A stretch of 64,000 nucleotides of DNA from Candidatus Bathyarchaeota archaeon (GCA_963707955.1 OY970176.1:192001-256000); one strand, 5' to 3'. Positions 30,439-40,971 are shown, counted from the first letter of the stretch. The notes: generated by a model from the letters alone, not told the origin. Numbers and translations: made by a program.

Positions 30439-33400
30439 GTGGCTTCCTTCATGCATCAGCGCGGTAAAGTTTTTGGGATCGTGCTGTGCGTCTTGTTGGT
30501 CTTGTCCGTTTATCCTGGAATCGTGGGCGTGGTGAGTGAACTGTTCGGGAGCGGCTTTATCGAATCGATGAAACTGTCCGGTCGGTCTGGCCCGAGCAGT
30601 GAGAATCGGTTTGCGATGGGCGACACGATCAACGTTTCAGCCACGGTCACGCTTGGCAACTTCTACCAGTTGAACGTGTACGACAACAGCGACCGCTTGG
30701 TCTTTGAGGAGGACGGGGTGATGAAAGACTCCCACGTTAACGCCGCCGTGCCTATCCTTCCACCGTCCTTCAACGCGAGCCAAGCCTACAGCCTGGTCCT
30801 CGACGAGGGCGTCGTCAACACCCCTCTTCTCGGCGTGGGCGCCTATGACTCTTCCTCCACGGCCTTCACGGTCGTCCAGAGCCTGACGAACCTGAACCTA
30901 ACGTCAAGCTACAACGCGGTCACCCACGAGCTTCGAGCGGTGGTCCTCCTCACCACCAACGACTCTGTGCCCGTAGTAAACGAAACGGTCAGCCTCTACG
31001 TGCAGCCCGACTTGGACGTAGCCCTAAACAACAGGGGATGGATCTGCCTCGGCCAGTCCATGACGGACGCGAACGGAACAGCCCTGTTTGACGTTGCCGT
31101 CAACGCGAAAGGCGGCGCCTACGGGCTGCAGGCAAGGTTTGCAGGAGACAACAACTTCGAAGCATCCACGTCCCAGAACGCCACTCGGTTCGTTGAAGTC
31201 TCGCCAGCGCCGCTCCTACACATAGTAAACGTCCAGAGGGTTAAAAACGCCGTGACCACGCTTCTACAAGTCACCGACACGTACGGTTTTCCCCTCGGAG
31301 GAAGACTCATCAAGTACGAAGACTTAACCTCGGGTGAAGAACCCGTGTACGCGATCAGCAACGGCACTGGCTACGCCACCATAACCTTCAACGTCAACGC
31401 TTCCCTAAGCCTCGTCAACTCGAGACTCACAGTGCTGACAGACCCCTACACTTCAGAGCTTCAGGCCCTTGCAACGCTGAACCTGACGGGGCTAAACCCG
31501 TCCTTTGAAGCCCCGTCCGGCACGACCGGGGCTGAAGGACTGATATTAGGCGCCGCAGCCAAAGCGCCAGCTGACAACGCTTCTATCATGGACAGTCCGA
31601 CCTCTCCGGCGAGTGCGGGCTTGAACCAGACGGCCGTGAAATCCGCCGTCGTCCACGCAGCAAGCGACCTCCCCAGCATTAGTGTGAGCTTGAACAAGAA
31701 CCCAGCAGAGGCTGATCTGCCCGAAACATTCACAGTTCAGTTCGAATCGTCCACGTATCTCGGCGCGGTTCAGTTTAACTTTTACGAGAATGACTCCAAA
31801 CCACTCGGGTCGGCTGGAGCCACCGAAAAGACCTATCGTTTTCCCAACGACAACGGCGGTTTTACTTTCATATACAACTACTCGGGAAGTCTTGTGTGGG
31901 AACCGGACTATTATGGTGGATGCTGGCTCTTCGTGAACGCCACGAACTCCGGCGGGCTGGTAGCTCAGGGTTCCAGCGCCTCGTTCGTCATAAATCCTGC
32001 GCCAGTCAACCTGGTCGTTTATTATCCTGGAACGTTTTGCGGCGACACTTTGGACCTGTTCGTTGGCCTTTCTAGGTCGACCGTTTACGACCCAGAATCA
32101 TCTGGCTTCTACGAGTGCACGACGCTGGCGCCGAATATCCAGTGGGCGGGCAACACTTACATGCTTGACTGTGGAGACAACTCAACGCTGATTTACGTCT
32201 ACGTAAACGGCTCCGAAACCATCGTCTCCCCTAACCCCCAGTGCTTCTCCACGGTTCAGACTGATCTGAGTCCGTTGGGAAGTGGCGGGTGTCTGAACGT
32301 GACCGCATTCGTCAACGGCACAAACCGCTTCGAAGCGAAAACCGTGACCGACATCTTCAACTTGACAGAGACCAACGTTTCCGACGTGCCCTCCGCGGGC
32401 AGCGGCAACTTCGATTTGAACTATTCCCTCAGCGTCTCCGACGGTAACGAGACAACCTACTATGACACGCAAAACTCCGTTAACGTCACCGCCTCCCTGT
32501 TTGACTCTCCAGTCTACAACGCTTCAGCGACAGTCACCACCGCCAAACTCCTAAGCCGCTCAGCCACCAACAGCACCGGATGGGCATCTATACCCTCAGG
32601 CTGCAATTACCTCCGCGTACAATCCGCCTGCCTCCTTCAACCCAACATGGCTTCGCCCCTAGCAGACGTTGACCATAGCGGATTTGTTAACCAGCATGAT
32701 GAAATACTTGTAATGGAGCATGAGAACTCGACTATTGGCGATTCACTGTATGATTGGCGCTATGATCTCAACGGCGACGGCGCGATAAACCTGACTGACC
32801 AGGATATAGTTACTGCAAGCTCAAACTGGGGCCACAGCATTACGTATTTGGTTGCTGGGAATTGCACTGGTAGCTACAATGCTAATTATGATTTCAGTGG
32901 TGTGGAAGTTGATTTTAACACGGGCCAGAGGGCGTACTTGGACAGCCTCGGCTTCACAAGCGTTCCCGCCGGCGCGCAGTGGCTTAACATGTCGATTGGA
33001 GGCGTTGTAGAATTCTTTAATGCTCAACCGGCGCAGAACGCTTCCACCGACAACGTCGGCGTTGCCAGCATAGGCTGGCGTCCAGAGATTGTGGGATTGG
33101 ATGTTGTTCAGGCCAAGCTGCCCTCAACGTTCAACGTGACCGTGTCGAAGTCAGCCTCTCAGCCTAATTACGCGGAGGTGAACGCTTCTTTGAACGTTGC
33201 CAACTACTTCTACGTGCTGAAGAGACCTGTGGACATCACTGTTAACCTGAAACCGCTTAACGCCTCCTATCCTATGGGCGAATCGGGGAACATCACTATG
33301 AGCGAATTGGACCAAGTTACTGGACAACCAGTCCCATATTTGCCCTTCAACCTTAGCGTGTCGAGTCCGAATGGCAATGTGAATGACACTTGGAGTGAAG

Positions 33401-35223
33401 AGGGAACTTTTGACGGGTCTGGAACGAATGAGACGGTCTGCCCCATGCAGGGAAACTTTATTTACAACGTTAATGTTTCATGGGCAGACTTTGGGGACAA
33501 CGCTGCAGGCGCTTGCAGCAGCCTTTTCGATTTCAGGTGGCCCACGAACATCACATCGGAAGCTGGCAACGTGACAAACGCCTCAGAAGGCGAAAACGAG
33601 ACTCTCTATTTTCTTCTAACCAACGGCATCAACGGTGCGCGGGTGGGAGGGGAGCCTATCTGCTTCGACGTCAACGGCAGCTATTGCTATTGCAATGGCA
33701 CATCCTGGCCCTTTAGTGGCGTCTACTACGGCACAACCGTAGTGATCGGCGCTGTCGAGTTCAACTGGACGGTGCCGCCCTACGGCAGCGGGACGTACGA
33801 TGTGACTGCCATGTTTAACGGTGACACCAACTATTGCCCCTGCCAAACCAGCATGATCGTCAACGCCAGCGCTGTGCCCCTCGGAGTCTTGTTCAGCGTC
33901 ACACCAGACGAGTTTGAAAACGGAACCAACGTGCTGCTGAACGCCACCATCATAGACCCCTCCACAGGCGCGCCCTTCACAAGCCAGAACGTGAACGTCA
34001 ACTTCTACAACGTGGACTCGAACGGCGTCCAGCAGAAACTAGGCACGAACTCCACCGGCAACACTGGCATGGCCTTTTGGAGCCTGAACTACGCGAGCAA
34101 CGGGAACGCTTACGCCTACAAGGCCGATATAAACGCGGACTCCGTGAGCGGTGTTCTCCGTCAAGGCATCGCCAGCAGCCCAATCCAGCTCACCGTGGGC
34201 AACGCAACCGTGCTCCTGCTGAACGTTTCCCGAGGCATCTCTTCCACAAACCACACGATTGAGAGCCAACTGCTGAGCGATGGCACGGGCGTCCCGAACG
34301 AGACCGTGACCATCACCGTTAACGGCCAATCTTTTCAGAACAAGACAGACCCGAACGGCTACTTCAACGTGTCCATCGACCTCGAACCTGAATGCCCCAA
34401 CGGCACTACCGCGTACCAGAACGTTACCTACACGATAACAGCCAGCTTCGCAGGCGATAATCCCTCCAACGCCACCGCCTACGACAACACGCTAGACGGC
34501 TCCAGCTACGCCGAGTGCACTACCACACAGTACTGCTACGAACCCAGCACCAACACCACAGCACTAACTGTAAACCCACAGTCCACGCAGGCGACGACTG
34601 CGACAGAGACGCCTAAGCAGATGCAGCAGGATGCAAAAAGTAACGGATGCCTCAGCGTCTACAGCGAGTGGAGCTGGTGGTACCCCTGGTACCGATTGCA
34701 TTTCAAAATAACCATAAGCGACCCAACCACAATTGATGTTGGCGTTTCGTTTCTTCCAGGCGGGAGTACGCAGTCTAGTAAAGGACTGGGAATCTTCAAC
34801 CAGCTCGACGAAGAATTCGTTAAGTCGTTTGTAATAGATACGGGAACTTTGATGGGGGAATACGCATTGGCAAAAATCGGTTTTTGGTTCGGACAACCAT
34901 GGGTTGTAGCTGGAGCCTTTGTTGCTGAGGTTGCTGAAGATGGTTTTATATTAGGGTATTTTTGGAACAACGGGGGCGAGTTGCTTGCATTCGGAATAGT
35001 TAATATTATCATGGGCTTACTTGCAACTCAAGGAAATTTCGCGGCGAGCTTCTTGAACCTGTTGACCATGGTGACTACGGCGACGATGGCAGCCTTGCTG
35101 CTCATAACTACCGGTGCAATAGCGTCAGGAGGGTCATATATGTGGAACCCTGTTAACCCGTTTCAGGTTGGGTTGTCTTTTGCTTGTGCTGCTTTGGCTC
35201 TCGGTAGGTGGGCAGGACTGTGA
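30439..35223 (+). CDS. Giant secreted/surface protein with Ig-like repeats, a dockerin domain and a hydrophobic C-terminal tip
   Basis: N-terminal signal/TM, many N-x-S/T sequons, repeated A.F.GD and TD.NG motifs, dockerin-like pair ADVDHSGFVNQHD / YDLNGDGAINLTD, and a last ~140 aa that are hydrophobic. Confidence 0.85.
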   Translation: MASFMHQRGKVFGIVLCVLLVLSVYPGIVGVVSELFGSGFIESMKLSGRSGPSSENRFAMGDTINVSATVTLGNFYQLNVYDNSDRLVFEEDGVMKDSHVNAAVPILPPSFNASQAYSLVLDEGVVNTPLLGVGAYDSSSTAFTVVQSLTNLNLTSSYNAVTHELRAVVLLTTNDSVPVVNETVSLYVQPDLDVALNNRGWICLGQSMTDANGTALFDVAVNAKGGAYGLQARFAGDNNFEASTSQNATRFVEVSPAPLLHIVNVQRVKNAVTTLLQVTDTYGFPLGGRLIKYEDLTSGEEPVYAISNGTGYATITFNVNASLSLVNSRLTVLTDPYTSELQALATLNLTGLNPSFEAPSGTTGAEGLILGAAAKAPADNASIMDSPTSPASAGLNQTAVKSAVVHAASDLPSISVSLNKNPAEADLPETFTVQFESSTYLGAVQFNFYENDSKPLGSAGATEKTYRFPNDNGGFTFIYNYSGSLVWEPDYYGGCWLFVNATNSGGLVAQGSSASFVINPAPVNLVVYYPGTFCGDTLDLFVGLSRSTVYDPESSGFYECTTLAPNIQWAGNTYMLDCGDNSTLIYVYVNGSETIVSPNPQCFSTVQTDLSPLGSGGCLNVTAFVNGTNRFEAKTVTDIFNLTETNVSDVPSAGSGNFDLNYSLSVSDGNETTYYDTQNSVNVTASLFDSPVYNASATVTTAKLLSRSATNSTGWASIPSGCNYLRVQSACLLQPNMASPLADVDHSGFVNQHDEILVMEHENSTIGDSLYDWRYDLNGDGAINLTDQDIVTASSNWGHSITYLVAGNCTGSYNANYDFSGVEVDFNTGQRAYLDSLGFTSVPAGAQWLNMSIGGVVEFFNAQPAQNASTDNVGVASIGWRPEIVGLDVVQAKLPSTFNVTVSKSASQPNYAEVNASLNVANYFYVLKRPVDITVNLKPLNASYPMGESGNITMSELDQVTGQPVPYLPFNLSVSSPNGNVNDTWSEEGTFDGSGTNETVCPMQGNFIYNVNVSWADFGDNAAGACSSLFDFRWPTNITSEAGNVTNASEGENETLYFLLTNGINGARVGGEPICFDVNGSYCYCNGTSWPFSGVYYGTTVVIGAVEFNWTVPPYGSGTYDVTAMFNGDTNYCPCQTSMIVNASAVPLGVLFSVTPDEFENGTNVLLNATIIDPSTGAPFTSQNVNVNFYNVDSNGVQQKLGTNSTGNTGMAFWSLNYASNGNAYAYKADINADSVSGVLRQGIASSPIQLTVGNATVLLLNVSRGISSTNHTIESQLLSDGTGVPNETVTITVNGQSFQNKTDPNGYFNVSIDLEPECPNGTTAYQNVTYTITASFAGDNPSNATAYDNTLDGSSYAECTTTQYCYEPSTNTTALTVNPQSTQATTATETPKQMQQDAKSNGCLSVYSEWSWWYPWYRLHFKITISDPTTIDVGVSFLPGGSTQSSKGLGIFNQLDEEFVKSFVIDTGTLMGEYALAKIGFWFGQPWVVAGAFVAEVAEDGFILGYFWNNGGELLAFGIVNIIMGLLATQGNFAASFLNLLTMVTTATMAALLLITTGAIASGGSYMWNPVNPFQVGLSFACAALALGRWAGL

Positions 35224-35227
35224 TAGG

Positions 35228-35680
35228 GTGAGCGAGGCTGAATTGACGCTTGAAGAAAGAAACCATCTGTACACGCTGTGCGGTATGATGCTTCTCGTGG
35301 TGTCTTTTTCATTCTTAGCGTGGTTACTCTTTTTTGAGCAATCCAATTTTACGCGAGGCGGATGGAGCATGTTTATCTGGTTTGGGCTGCCTTACAGCAT
35401 CATCGGACCGACATCCTTTTTCCTAGCTTACGAGGCCTTTTACCCTAGAAGACTCAGAAGATCACACATGTTTCACCTGAAAAGATTTTTCCGCCGTACG
35501 CTCAGTTTGGCAGCCGTAATGGTGTCCTTCCCTGCAACTGTGTCTTTTTCTGAGGTCGCATTTTCCAAAACGTTGGGGAGCGAAGCTTTGTATCCAGGCA
35601 TGGTTTTGTGGGTTTTTGTGTTTTTTGCCGCTGTCCTTCTGTGGCTGAGGCGACAAAATTCGAGAAGTCCTAAATGGTGA
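35228..35680 (+). CDS. Small ~4-TM membrane protein (candidate immunity/partner protein)
   Basis: GTG start 4 nt after the stop of the giant gene. Four hydrophobic segments. Confidence 0.7.
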   Translation: MSEAELTLEERNHLYTLCGMMLLVVSFSFLAWLLFFEQSNFTRGGWSMFIWFGLPYSIIGPTSFFLAYEAFYPRRLRRSHMFHLKRFFRRTLSLAAVMVSFPATVSFSEVAFSKTLGSEALYPGMVLWVFVFFAAVLLWLRRQNSRSPKW

Positions 35681-35759
35681 AAACGATAGAATCAAACTTT
35701 AGCGTGTGCTAATCTTGTTTCCTTGCCTTTTGGTGCGTGTGATATCTCTCTCTGTCTCT

Positions 35760-36172
35760 CTATCTATGTCTAAGTAGTTGTCTGAGGCCATGCTTCTTTA
35801 ACAGTTGATTGTATCCTTCAAGCTTTGCGAGGACGATCTCTTTAGCAACCTGCAAGCCTTTCCCATTCTTCAGAGCTTTATACTGAGAGATCCGCGTTTT
35901 GACATTGCTGCCATCATCGAAACTTCTTAAGACTGCAACCGGATTACGGTTCTGCGTGAATATGTGAACCGATATGTTCCAGAATCCACCACAAGCAAGC
36001 GCTCCGGAGCTAATCAAGTTTTCATTTTTAACCTGTATCTCTGAAATCGCCTGTTCAAACATGGGATACTTTTCTGTCTTGCCGATTCTATCTTTCACGA
36101 CTGGACATCCTTTTGCATCCAGAGATATGAGCCGTAGCCGTTTAATGCGAGCTTTACGGTTTTGGTCTTCAT
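35760..36172 (-). pseudogene. cas1: N-terminal remnant of a solo/casposase-like Cas1
   Basis: MKTKTVKLALNGYGSYL.M.K[fs]..VKDRIGKTEKYPMFE...NLISSGALA.GFWNI....TQ..NPVAVL..FDDGSNVKTRISQY.ALKNGKG..VAK.IVLAKLEG.N.LLKK.GLR, then truncated. Confidence 0.75.
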
Positions 36173-36303
36173 CTTTAGCCTCTCTAATTATAATAAGGCT
36201 GAAATGTGGTTAATACACCTAGATAGAATAATCTTCCAGAAGCCATATCATGCAGAAATCTTAAATCAGCACAGCAACAGAGAACAAACTATGAGTGTGG
36301 ACA

Positions 36304-36690
36304 ATGATTCTAGCAAGCCAACAAAGGAGCGCGCGCGCTAGACTGGGATTAAGAAGAGCGCGTTGTCCTCTCTGTGGAGAAGAATTGCCTACTTACTCCG
36401 ACTATCAACAGCATGTGAAGACGAGGCATTATAATTTTTTATCTTGAATCGAGAAAAGGAACGAAAACCATGATATTGGCTGTTGCGTTAATGGCGGTTC
36501 TTACAACATCGTATGTAACGTATTTTATGAAACAACCATTGAGCCTTCTCAGTTCCTTGTTATTGTTCTCATGATAATTAGCATTGGAGCTGCTTTCTAC
36601 GTTATATGCCGACAACTACTTCTCTTTCAGAAATACAAAGAGACTCTAGACTTACCCAATAATTCTTTAGCTGTGATAAAGGATTCCTAG
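36304..36690 (+). pseudogene. Decayed C2H2 zinc finger plus transmembrane protein
   Basis: CPLCGEELPTYSDYQQHVKTRH at 36364-36429, a stop at 36445, then hydrophobic segments in shifted frames. Confidence 0.5.
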
Positions 36691-36810
36691 AGAACCACTC
36701 GCTCGGGGCCTGAATTTCATTGACATAACTGGAGTTGCCTTTGATTTCGTGCATTTCTGGCCATCGTTCGTTCCTTCACGGAGGGAAATCGTCCTAAGAA
36801 ACCCTCAAAC

Positions 36811-37420
36811 TCAAGGCGTCGCCAGCAGCCCAGTCCAGCTTACCGTAGCCAAGCCCACCGTGCTCCTGCTCAACGTTTCCCGAGCCAACTCTTCCATAAA
36901 CCACACGATTGAGAGCCAACTGCTGAGCGACGGCACAGGCGTCTCAAACGAGAACGTGGCCATCACCGTTAACGGCGAATCCTTCCAGAACACGACAGAC
37001 CAGAACGGCTACTTCAACCTGTCCCTTGACCTCCAACCAAAATGCCCCAATGGTCAAACCTCGTACCAGAACGTCACCTACACGATAACATCCAGCTTCG
37101 CAGGTGACCACCCCACCAACGCCACCGCCTACGACAACACGCTAGACGGAGAACAGTACGCAGCGTGCACAACCATTCAGTACGGCTACGAACCCAGCAG
37201 CAACACTACGGTACTGACCGTAACCCCACAATCAACATTAACAACGATGCTAACCGAAACGCCTGAAGAGATGCAGAAGCAAGAAGAGCAGAATGGAACT
37301 CTGAAGATTTACAACGAGTAGAGCTAGTGGTATCCATGGTACAGACTGCACTTTGTTGGGAATGGAATGGACAAACTCTGATTATAGTCGGTATTGCGGC
37401 TTTGCGATTTGCCGATATAG
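36811..37420 (+). pseudogene. Orphan partial copy of the giant surface protein (pre-tip region)
   Basis: 36811-37354 aligns without gaps to 34161-34704 (constant offset 2650 bp). Two TGG codons are TAG here (37319, 37325), and the sequence diverges after YRLHF. Confidence 0.9.
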
Positions 37421-37495
37421 GTTATCTTCTAGACTCGCCTTTGAAGGAAGAATGAAAGAGTGGCTCGGAAGCGCTCTCTTCTCTTATTCCACAAA

Positions 37496-38938
37496 TCAAG
37501 ATGTGCCTATTTCTTTCTTGAATACTTCCCCTAAGTCTTTTCCCCAGTTATCTAGGGCTTTGAGCTTTCCAAGGAAAAACCTGAGCACTGGCGGTTCGGA
37601 CACGAACTTCAAACCTTTCACTAGGTCTCTGTGCGTGTAAAGCCATTTTATCCTGTCAACTGCGTAGTCGATGTGCGACACCGTGTAGACTCTTCTGGGC
37701 AATGCGATTCTTGTTAGTTCTATGTCGGCAAAGACTTCTTTTCCTTCCTTGTTCCTGTCCATTGAAATTGTGCCTCTTTCCATGCTTCTTATTCCTGAGG
37801 CAATGTAAAGTCCGGCTGCGAGTGCTCCTGCTGGATATTGCGACTGAGGTATGTTTGGCAGAAACTTCATCGCGTCGAGATGGCATGCCAATCCGCCTGG
37901 CGGCGTGACTACTGGGATTCCAGCCTTGACAAGCTTGTTGACGAAGTATTTGATCTGTTCGACTGCGCAGCCTGCGACGTCTGGGTCTACCATTTCCCTC
38001 ATTCCGACGGCCATTGCGCCGACTTCTCTCATCGACATGCCGCCGTACGTGAAGAACCCTTCGTACACTGGGAGCCACGGTTGTATCTGCTCGAACAGTT
38101 TCTGATTGTTGGTTGCTATGCAGCCGCCTCTGACGCAGGTGTTTTTTCTTCCGCTCATATAATAAATGTCTGCGATGCTGCACATCTCTTTGACTATTTC
38201 CGCGACTGTCTTGTTCTCGTATGCTTTCTCTCGCTGTCTTATGAGGTAGGCGTTTTCACAGATCAGACTTCCGTCTATGACGAGAAGCAAGTCGTTCTCG
38301 GTGCAGATCTGTTTGATCTCCTTCAGGTTCTTCATCGAGAACGGTTGTCCACCGATCAGGTTGGTCGTTGCTTCCATTCGCACAAAGCCAATCTTGTCCT
38401 TGCCGTATTTCTTGATGACGTTCCTGAGCTTCTGCGGGTCCATACATCCTTTGAAGAGGTTTGTGCTCTCGGTTTTCAACGCATCATCATAATAGATCTC
38501 TAGAACCTGCATGCCTTGGAGCTCAATGTGAGCTTTCGTGGTCGTGAAGTGGTAGTTCGTGGGGATAACGCCGTCCGGTTTGGCGAAAACCTTTGCCAGG
38601 AGATGTTCCGCCGCTCTGCCTTGATGCACGTTCATCACGTACTTGTATCCAAGGACGTCTTCAACTGCTTTGGCAAACTCATAGAAAGTCATGCTGCCAG
38701 CGTAAGCATCATCAACTCTCATCATGCCAGCGAACTGGTTGTCGCTCATAGCGTTTACGCCGCTGTCCGTGAGCATGTCCAGAAATATGTCCTTAGTTTT
38801 AAGCAGGAACGTGTTGTAACCGGCCTCTTCGATGGCTCTGAGCCGTTGGTCAACAGGAACTAACTGGACTTTTTGCACCATTCTGGCCTTGTGCATCTCA
38901 ATCGGAATTTCCTCGCCTGAAGAAAGTCTGATAGACAT
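37496..38938 (-). CDS. PLP-dependent beta-eliminating lyase, tyrosine phenol-lyase-like (tryptophanase family)
   Basis: DMLTDSG, HQGRAAE, FTTT, MSGRK (PLP lysine), YEGF.TYGG, SMERG, PRRVYT, LRFF. Confidence 0.9.
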   Translation of the reverse strand: MSIRLSSGEEIPIEMHKARMVQKVQLVPVDQRLRAIEEAGYNTFLLKTKDIFLDMLTDSGVNAMSDNQFAGMMRVDDAYAGSMTFYEFAKAVEDVLGYKYVMNVHQGRAAEHLLAKVFAKPDGVIPTNYHFTTTKAHIELQGMQVLEIYYDDALKTESTNLFKGCMDPQKLRNVIKKYGKDKIGFVRMEATTNLIGGQPFSMKNLKEIKQICTENDLLLVIDGSLICENAYLIRQREKAYENKTVAEIVKEMCSIADIYYMSGRKNTCVRGGCIATNNQKLFEQIQPWLPVYEGFFTYGGMSMREVGAMAVGMREMVDPDVAGCAVEQIKYFVNKLVKAGIPVVTPPGGLACHLDAMKFLPNIPQSQYPAGALAAGLYIASGIRSMERGTISMDRNKEGKEVFADIELTRIALPRRVYTVSHIDYAVDRIKWLYTHRDLVKGLKFVSEPPVLRFFLGKLKALDNWGKDLGEVFKKEIGTS

Positions 38939-39090
38939 AATGGAAACCTCAAGAGTTTGCTCTTATCACGTTTACGTTTTTATAATCCTTTCGGTCTAAC
39001 ATTCTTGTTCGATCATCGTCAATTTTCTCACCAAAAGCTATATGTGAAAGGTTAAGACTGTGAGGATTTTCAACAAGTCTGAGGAGAAGT

Positions 39091-40971
39091 TTGTTGCCTG
39101 ATTCGAAAGTCTTGCTGCAGGACAAGCCGGGAAAACGGGTGCTCCTGCTAGGCAATGAGGCCATTGCCCGAGGGATTCTCGAGGCAGGGATAGGTGTTGT
39201 GACCACATACCCCGGTACACCCGCGTCTGAGATAGGCGACTCCGTGTCGGAAATCGCTTCTGAAGCCGGTGTGTACATGGAGTACTCCGTCAACGAAATG
39301 GTTGCGGTCGAGGTCGGTGCCGGAGCTGCAAGCTGTGGAGTGAGAGCTCTCGCAGCAATGAAGCATGTTGGGCTCAACGTGGCCGCCGACATGGTCATGA
39401 CGTTGGCTTATACCGGTGTAAGAGCAGGCTACGTCATCGTCACGGCAGACGACCCTGAGTGTTACAGCTCCCAGAATGAGCAGGACAACCGCTTCTACGC
39501 GCTGCTTTCAAACCTGCCGTGCTTGGAGCCTTCCGACCCTCAAGAAGCGAAGGACATGACTGTCTCAGCCATCGAGATATCCGAAAAACTCGAGTTGCCA
39601 GTGCTCCTGAGAACCACAACGCGCGTGAGCCACACTCGCGGACCAGTCGAGTACAAAAGCATCGTGAAACCAAACCTACAGGGCAATTTCATCAGAGACG
39701 TGCAGCGTTTGGTGATGGTGCCAGCGTTTTCGAGGCCGAAGCACGAAGTGCTCTTGAGACAGGCCGCAAAGGCAAAGGAAATCAGTGATGCATCTCCCTA
39801 CAACAGAGTTGTCAAGAAAGGCAAAGAATTCGGCATTATATCCTCAGGCGCGGCTTACAACTACGCGGTTGAAGCAGCAAACCTGCTGAGCCTGGACGCG
39901 GGCATTCTGAAACTCGGGATGACGCATCCGCTTCCAGAAAAAATGATCGGACGATTCTTGAAAGCCTTCGACAAAATCGTCATCGTCGAAGAGCTTGAAC
40001 CATACTTGGAAATGCAGGTCAAAGCAATAGCTAAGGATCACGCGCCAATCGTCGAAATATTCGGAAAAATGGTCAAGCAATTCTTTCCGAATGAAGGAGA
40101 GCTTTCAACTCGCATAGTCGCAGCAGGTTTGGCTAAGATAACGGGCAGAAAGCTGCCGATAGATTTCCAAAGGATCAGTGAAAAATATGCTGAAGCCACC
40201 AGAGACTTGCCTTCCAGACCGCCAATACTCTGCGCTGGCTGTCCGCACAGAGCATCCTTCTACGTGTTGAGAAGAGTTGGAGGAGACAAGGCACTCTACT
40301 CAACCGACATAGGTTGCTACGCTTTGGGAACCGCGCCGCCGTTGAACGTTGGAGACATCATGACGTGCATGGGTGCAAGCATAGGCACTGCTCAAGGAAT
40401 GAGCAAAGCGACAGGCAGAGAAACCATTGCGATCATCGGAGACTCGACGTTTTTCCACGCGGGAATTCCTGGCCTGGTGAACGCTGTTTATAACAAGAGC
40501 AAGGTCCTCACAGTGGTTCTGGACAATCTTGCAACAGCGATGACCGGGCATCAGCCGCATCCTGGGACAGGCATGACTGGAATGCACGCTTCAACGGAGA
40601 GAATTCTCATTGAAAACGTCGCTGAAGGATGTGGCGTCAAATACGTCAAGGTGGTGGACCCGTTCAAAACAAAAGAAGCTGCTGCAGTGTTGAGAGAGGC
40701 CCTGCAACAACCTGGGCCTTCAGTTGTCGTTTTCCGGGCTCCCTGCACTTTGATGGCCGTCAAGGAGAAGAGGCAGAGAGGAATCAAAGTCGAGCCGACC
40801 AGAATCACTGATAAATGCACGAACTGCATGGCCTGCATCAAACTTCTAGGCTGTCCAGCCATTGTCGTTGAAGAGGGAAAGGTGAAAATCGACGAAGACT
40901 CTTGCACTGCCTGTGGACTTTGCATTTCGGTTTGTCCCTACGGCGCCATAGAAGGAAGCTGTGCAGAATGA
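39091..40971 (+). CDS. iorA: Indolepyruvate:ferredoxin oxidoreductase alpha subunit
   Basis: LGNEAIARG, YPGTP, MKHVGLNVA, SSQNEQD, RPP.LC.GCPHR, GDSTFFH, C-terminal ferredoxin domain. Confidence 0.95.
   Translation: MLPDSKVLLQDKPGKRVLLLGNEAIARGILEAGIGVVTTYPGTPASEIGDSVSEIASEAGVYMEYSVNEMVAVEVGAGAASCGVRALAAMKHVGLNVAADMVMTLAYTGVRAGYVIVTADDPECYSSQNEQDNRFYALLSNLPCLEPSDPQEAKDMTVSAIEISEKLELPVLLRTTTRVSHTRGPVEYKSIVKPNLQGNFIRDVQRLVMVPAFSRPKHEVLLRQAAKAKEISDASPYNRVVKKGKEFGIISSGAAYNYAVEAANLLSLDAGILKLGMTHPLPEKMIGRFLKAFDKIVIVEELEPYLEMQVKAIAKDHAPIVEIFGKMVKQFFPNEGELSTRIVAAGLAKITGRKLPIDFQRISEKYAEATRDLPSRPPILCAGCPHRASFYVLRRVGGDKALYSTDIGCYALGTAPPLNVGDIMTCMGASIGTAQGMSKATGRETIAIIGDSTFFHAGIPGLVNAVYNKSKVLTVVLDNLATAMTGHQPHPGTGMTGMHASTERILIENVAEGCGVKYVKVVDPFKTKEAAAVLREALQQPGPSVVVFRAPCTLMAVKEKRQRGIKVEPTRITDKCTNCMACIKLLGCPAIVVEEGKVKIDEDSCTACGLCISVCPYGAIEGSCAE

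Noticed and set aside
32660-32810. Dockerin domain as evidence of a cellulosome
   Set aside because: No cohesin or glycoside hydrolase is in the window, and dockerin-like repeats are common in non-cellulosomal archaeal surface proteins.
14088-36172. A CRISPR-Cas system implied by the cas1 fragments
   Set aside because: No regularly spaced repeat-spacer array and no other cas genes were seen in the window.
37319-37327. Two TAG codons at Trp positions, suggesting stop-codon recoding
   Set aside because: TAG terminates ordinary genes in this window (for example at 7603, 26831 and 49413), and the fragment also lacks a 5' end and is frameshifted downstream. This is decay by TGG-to-TAG change.
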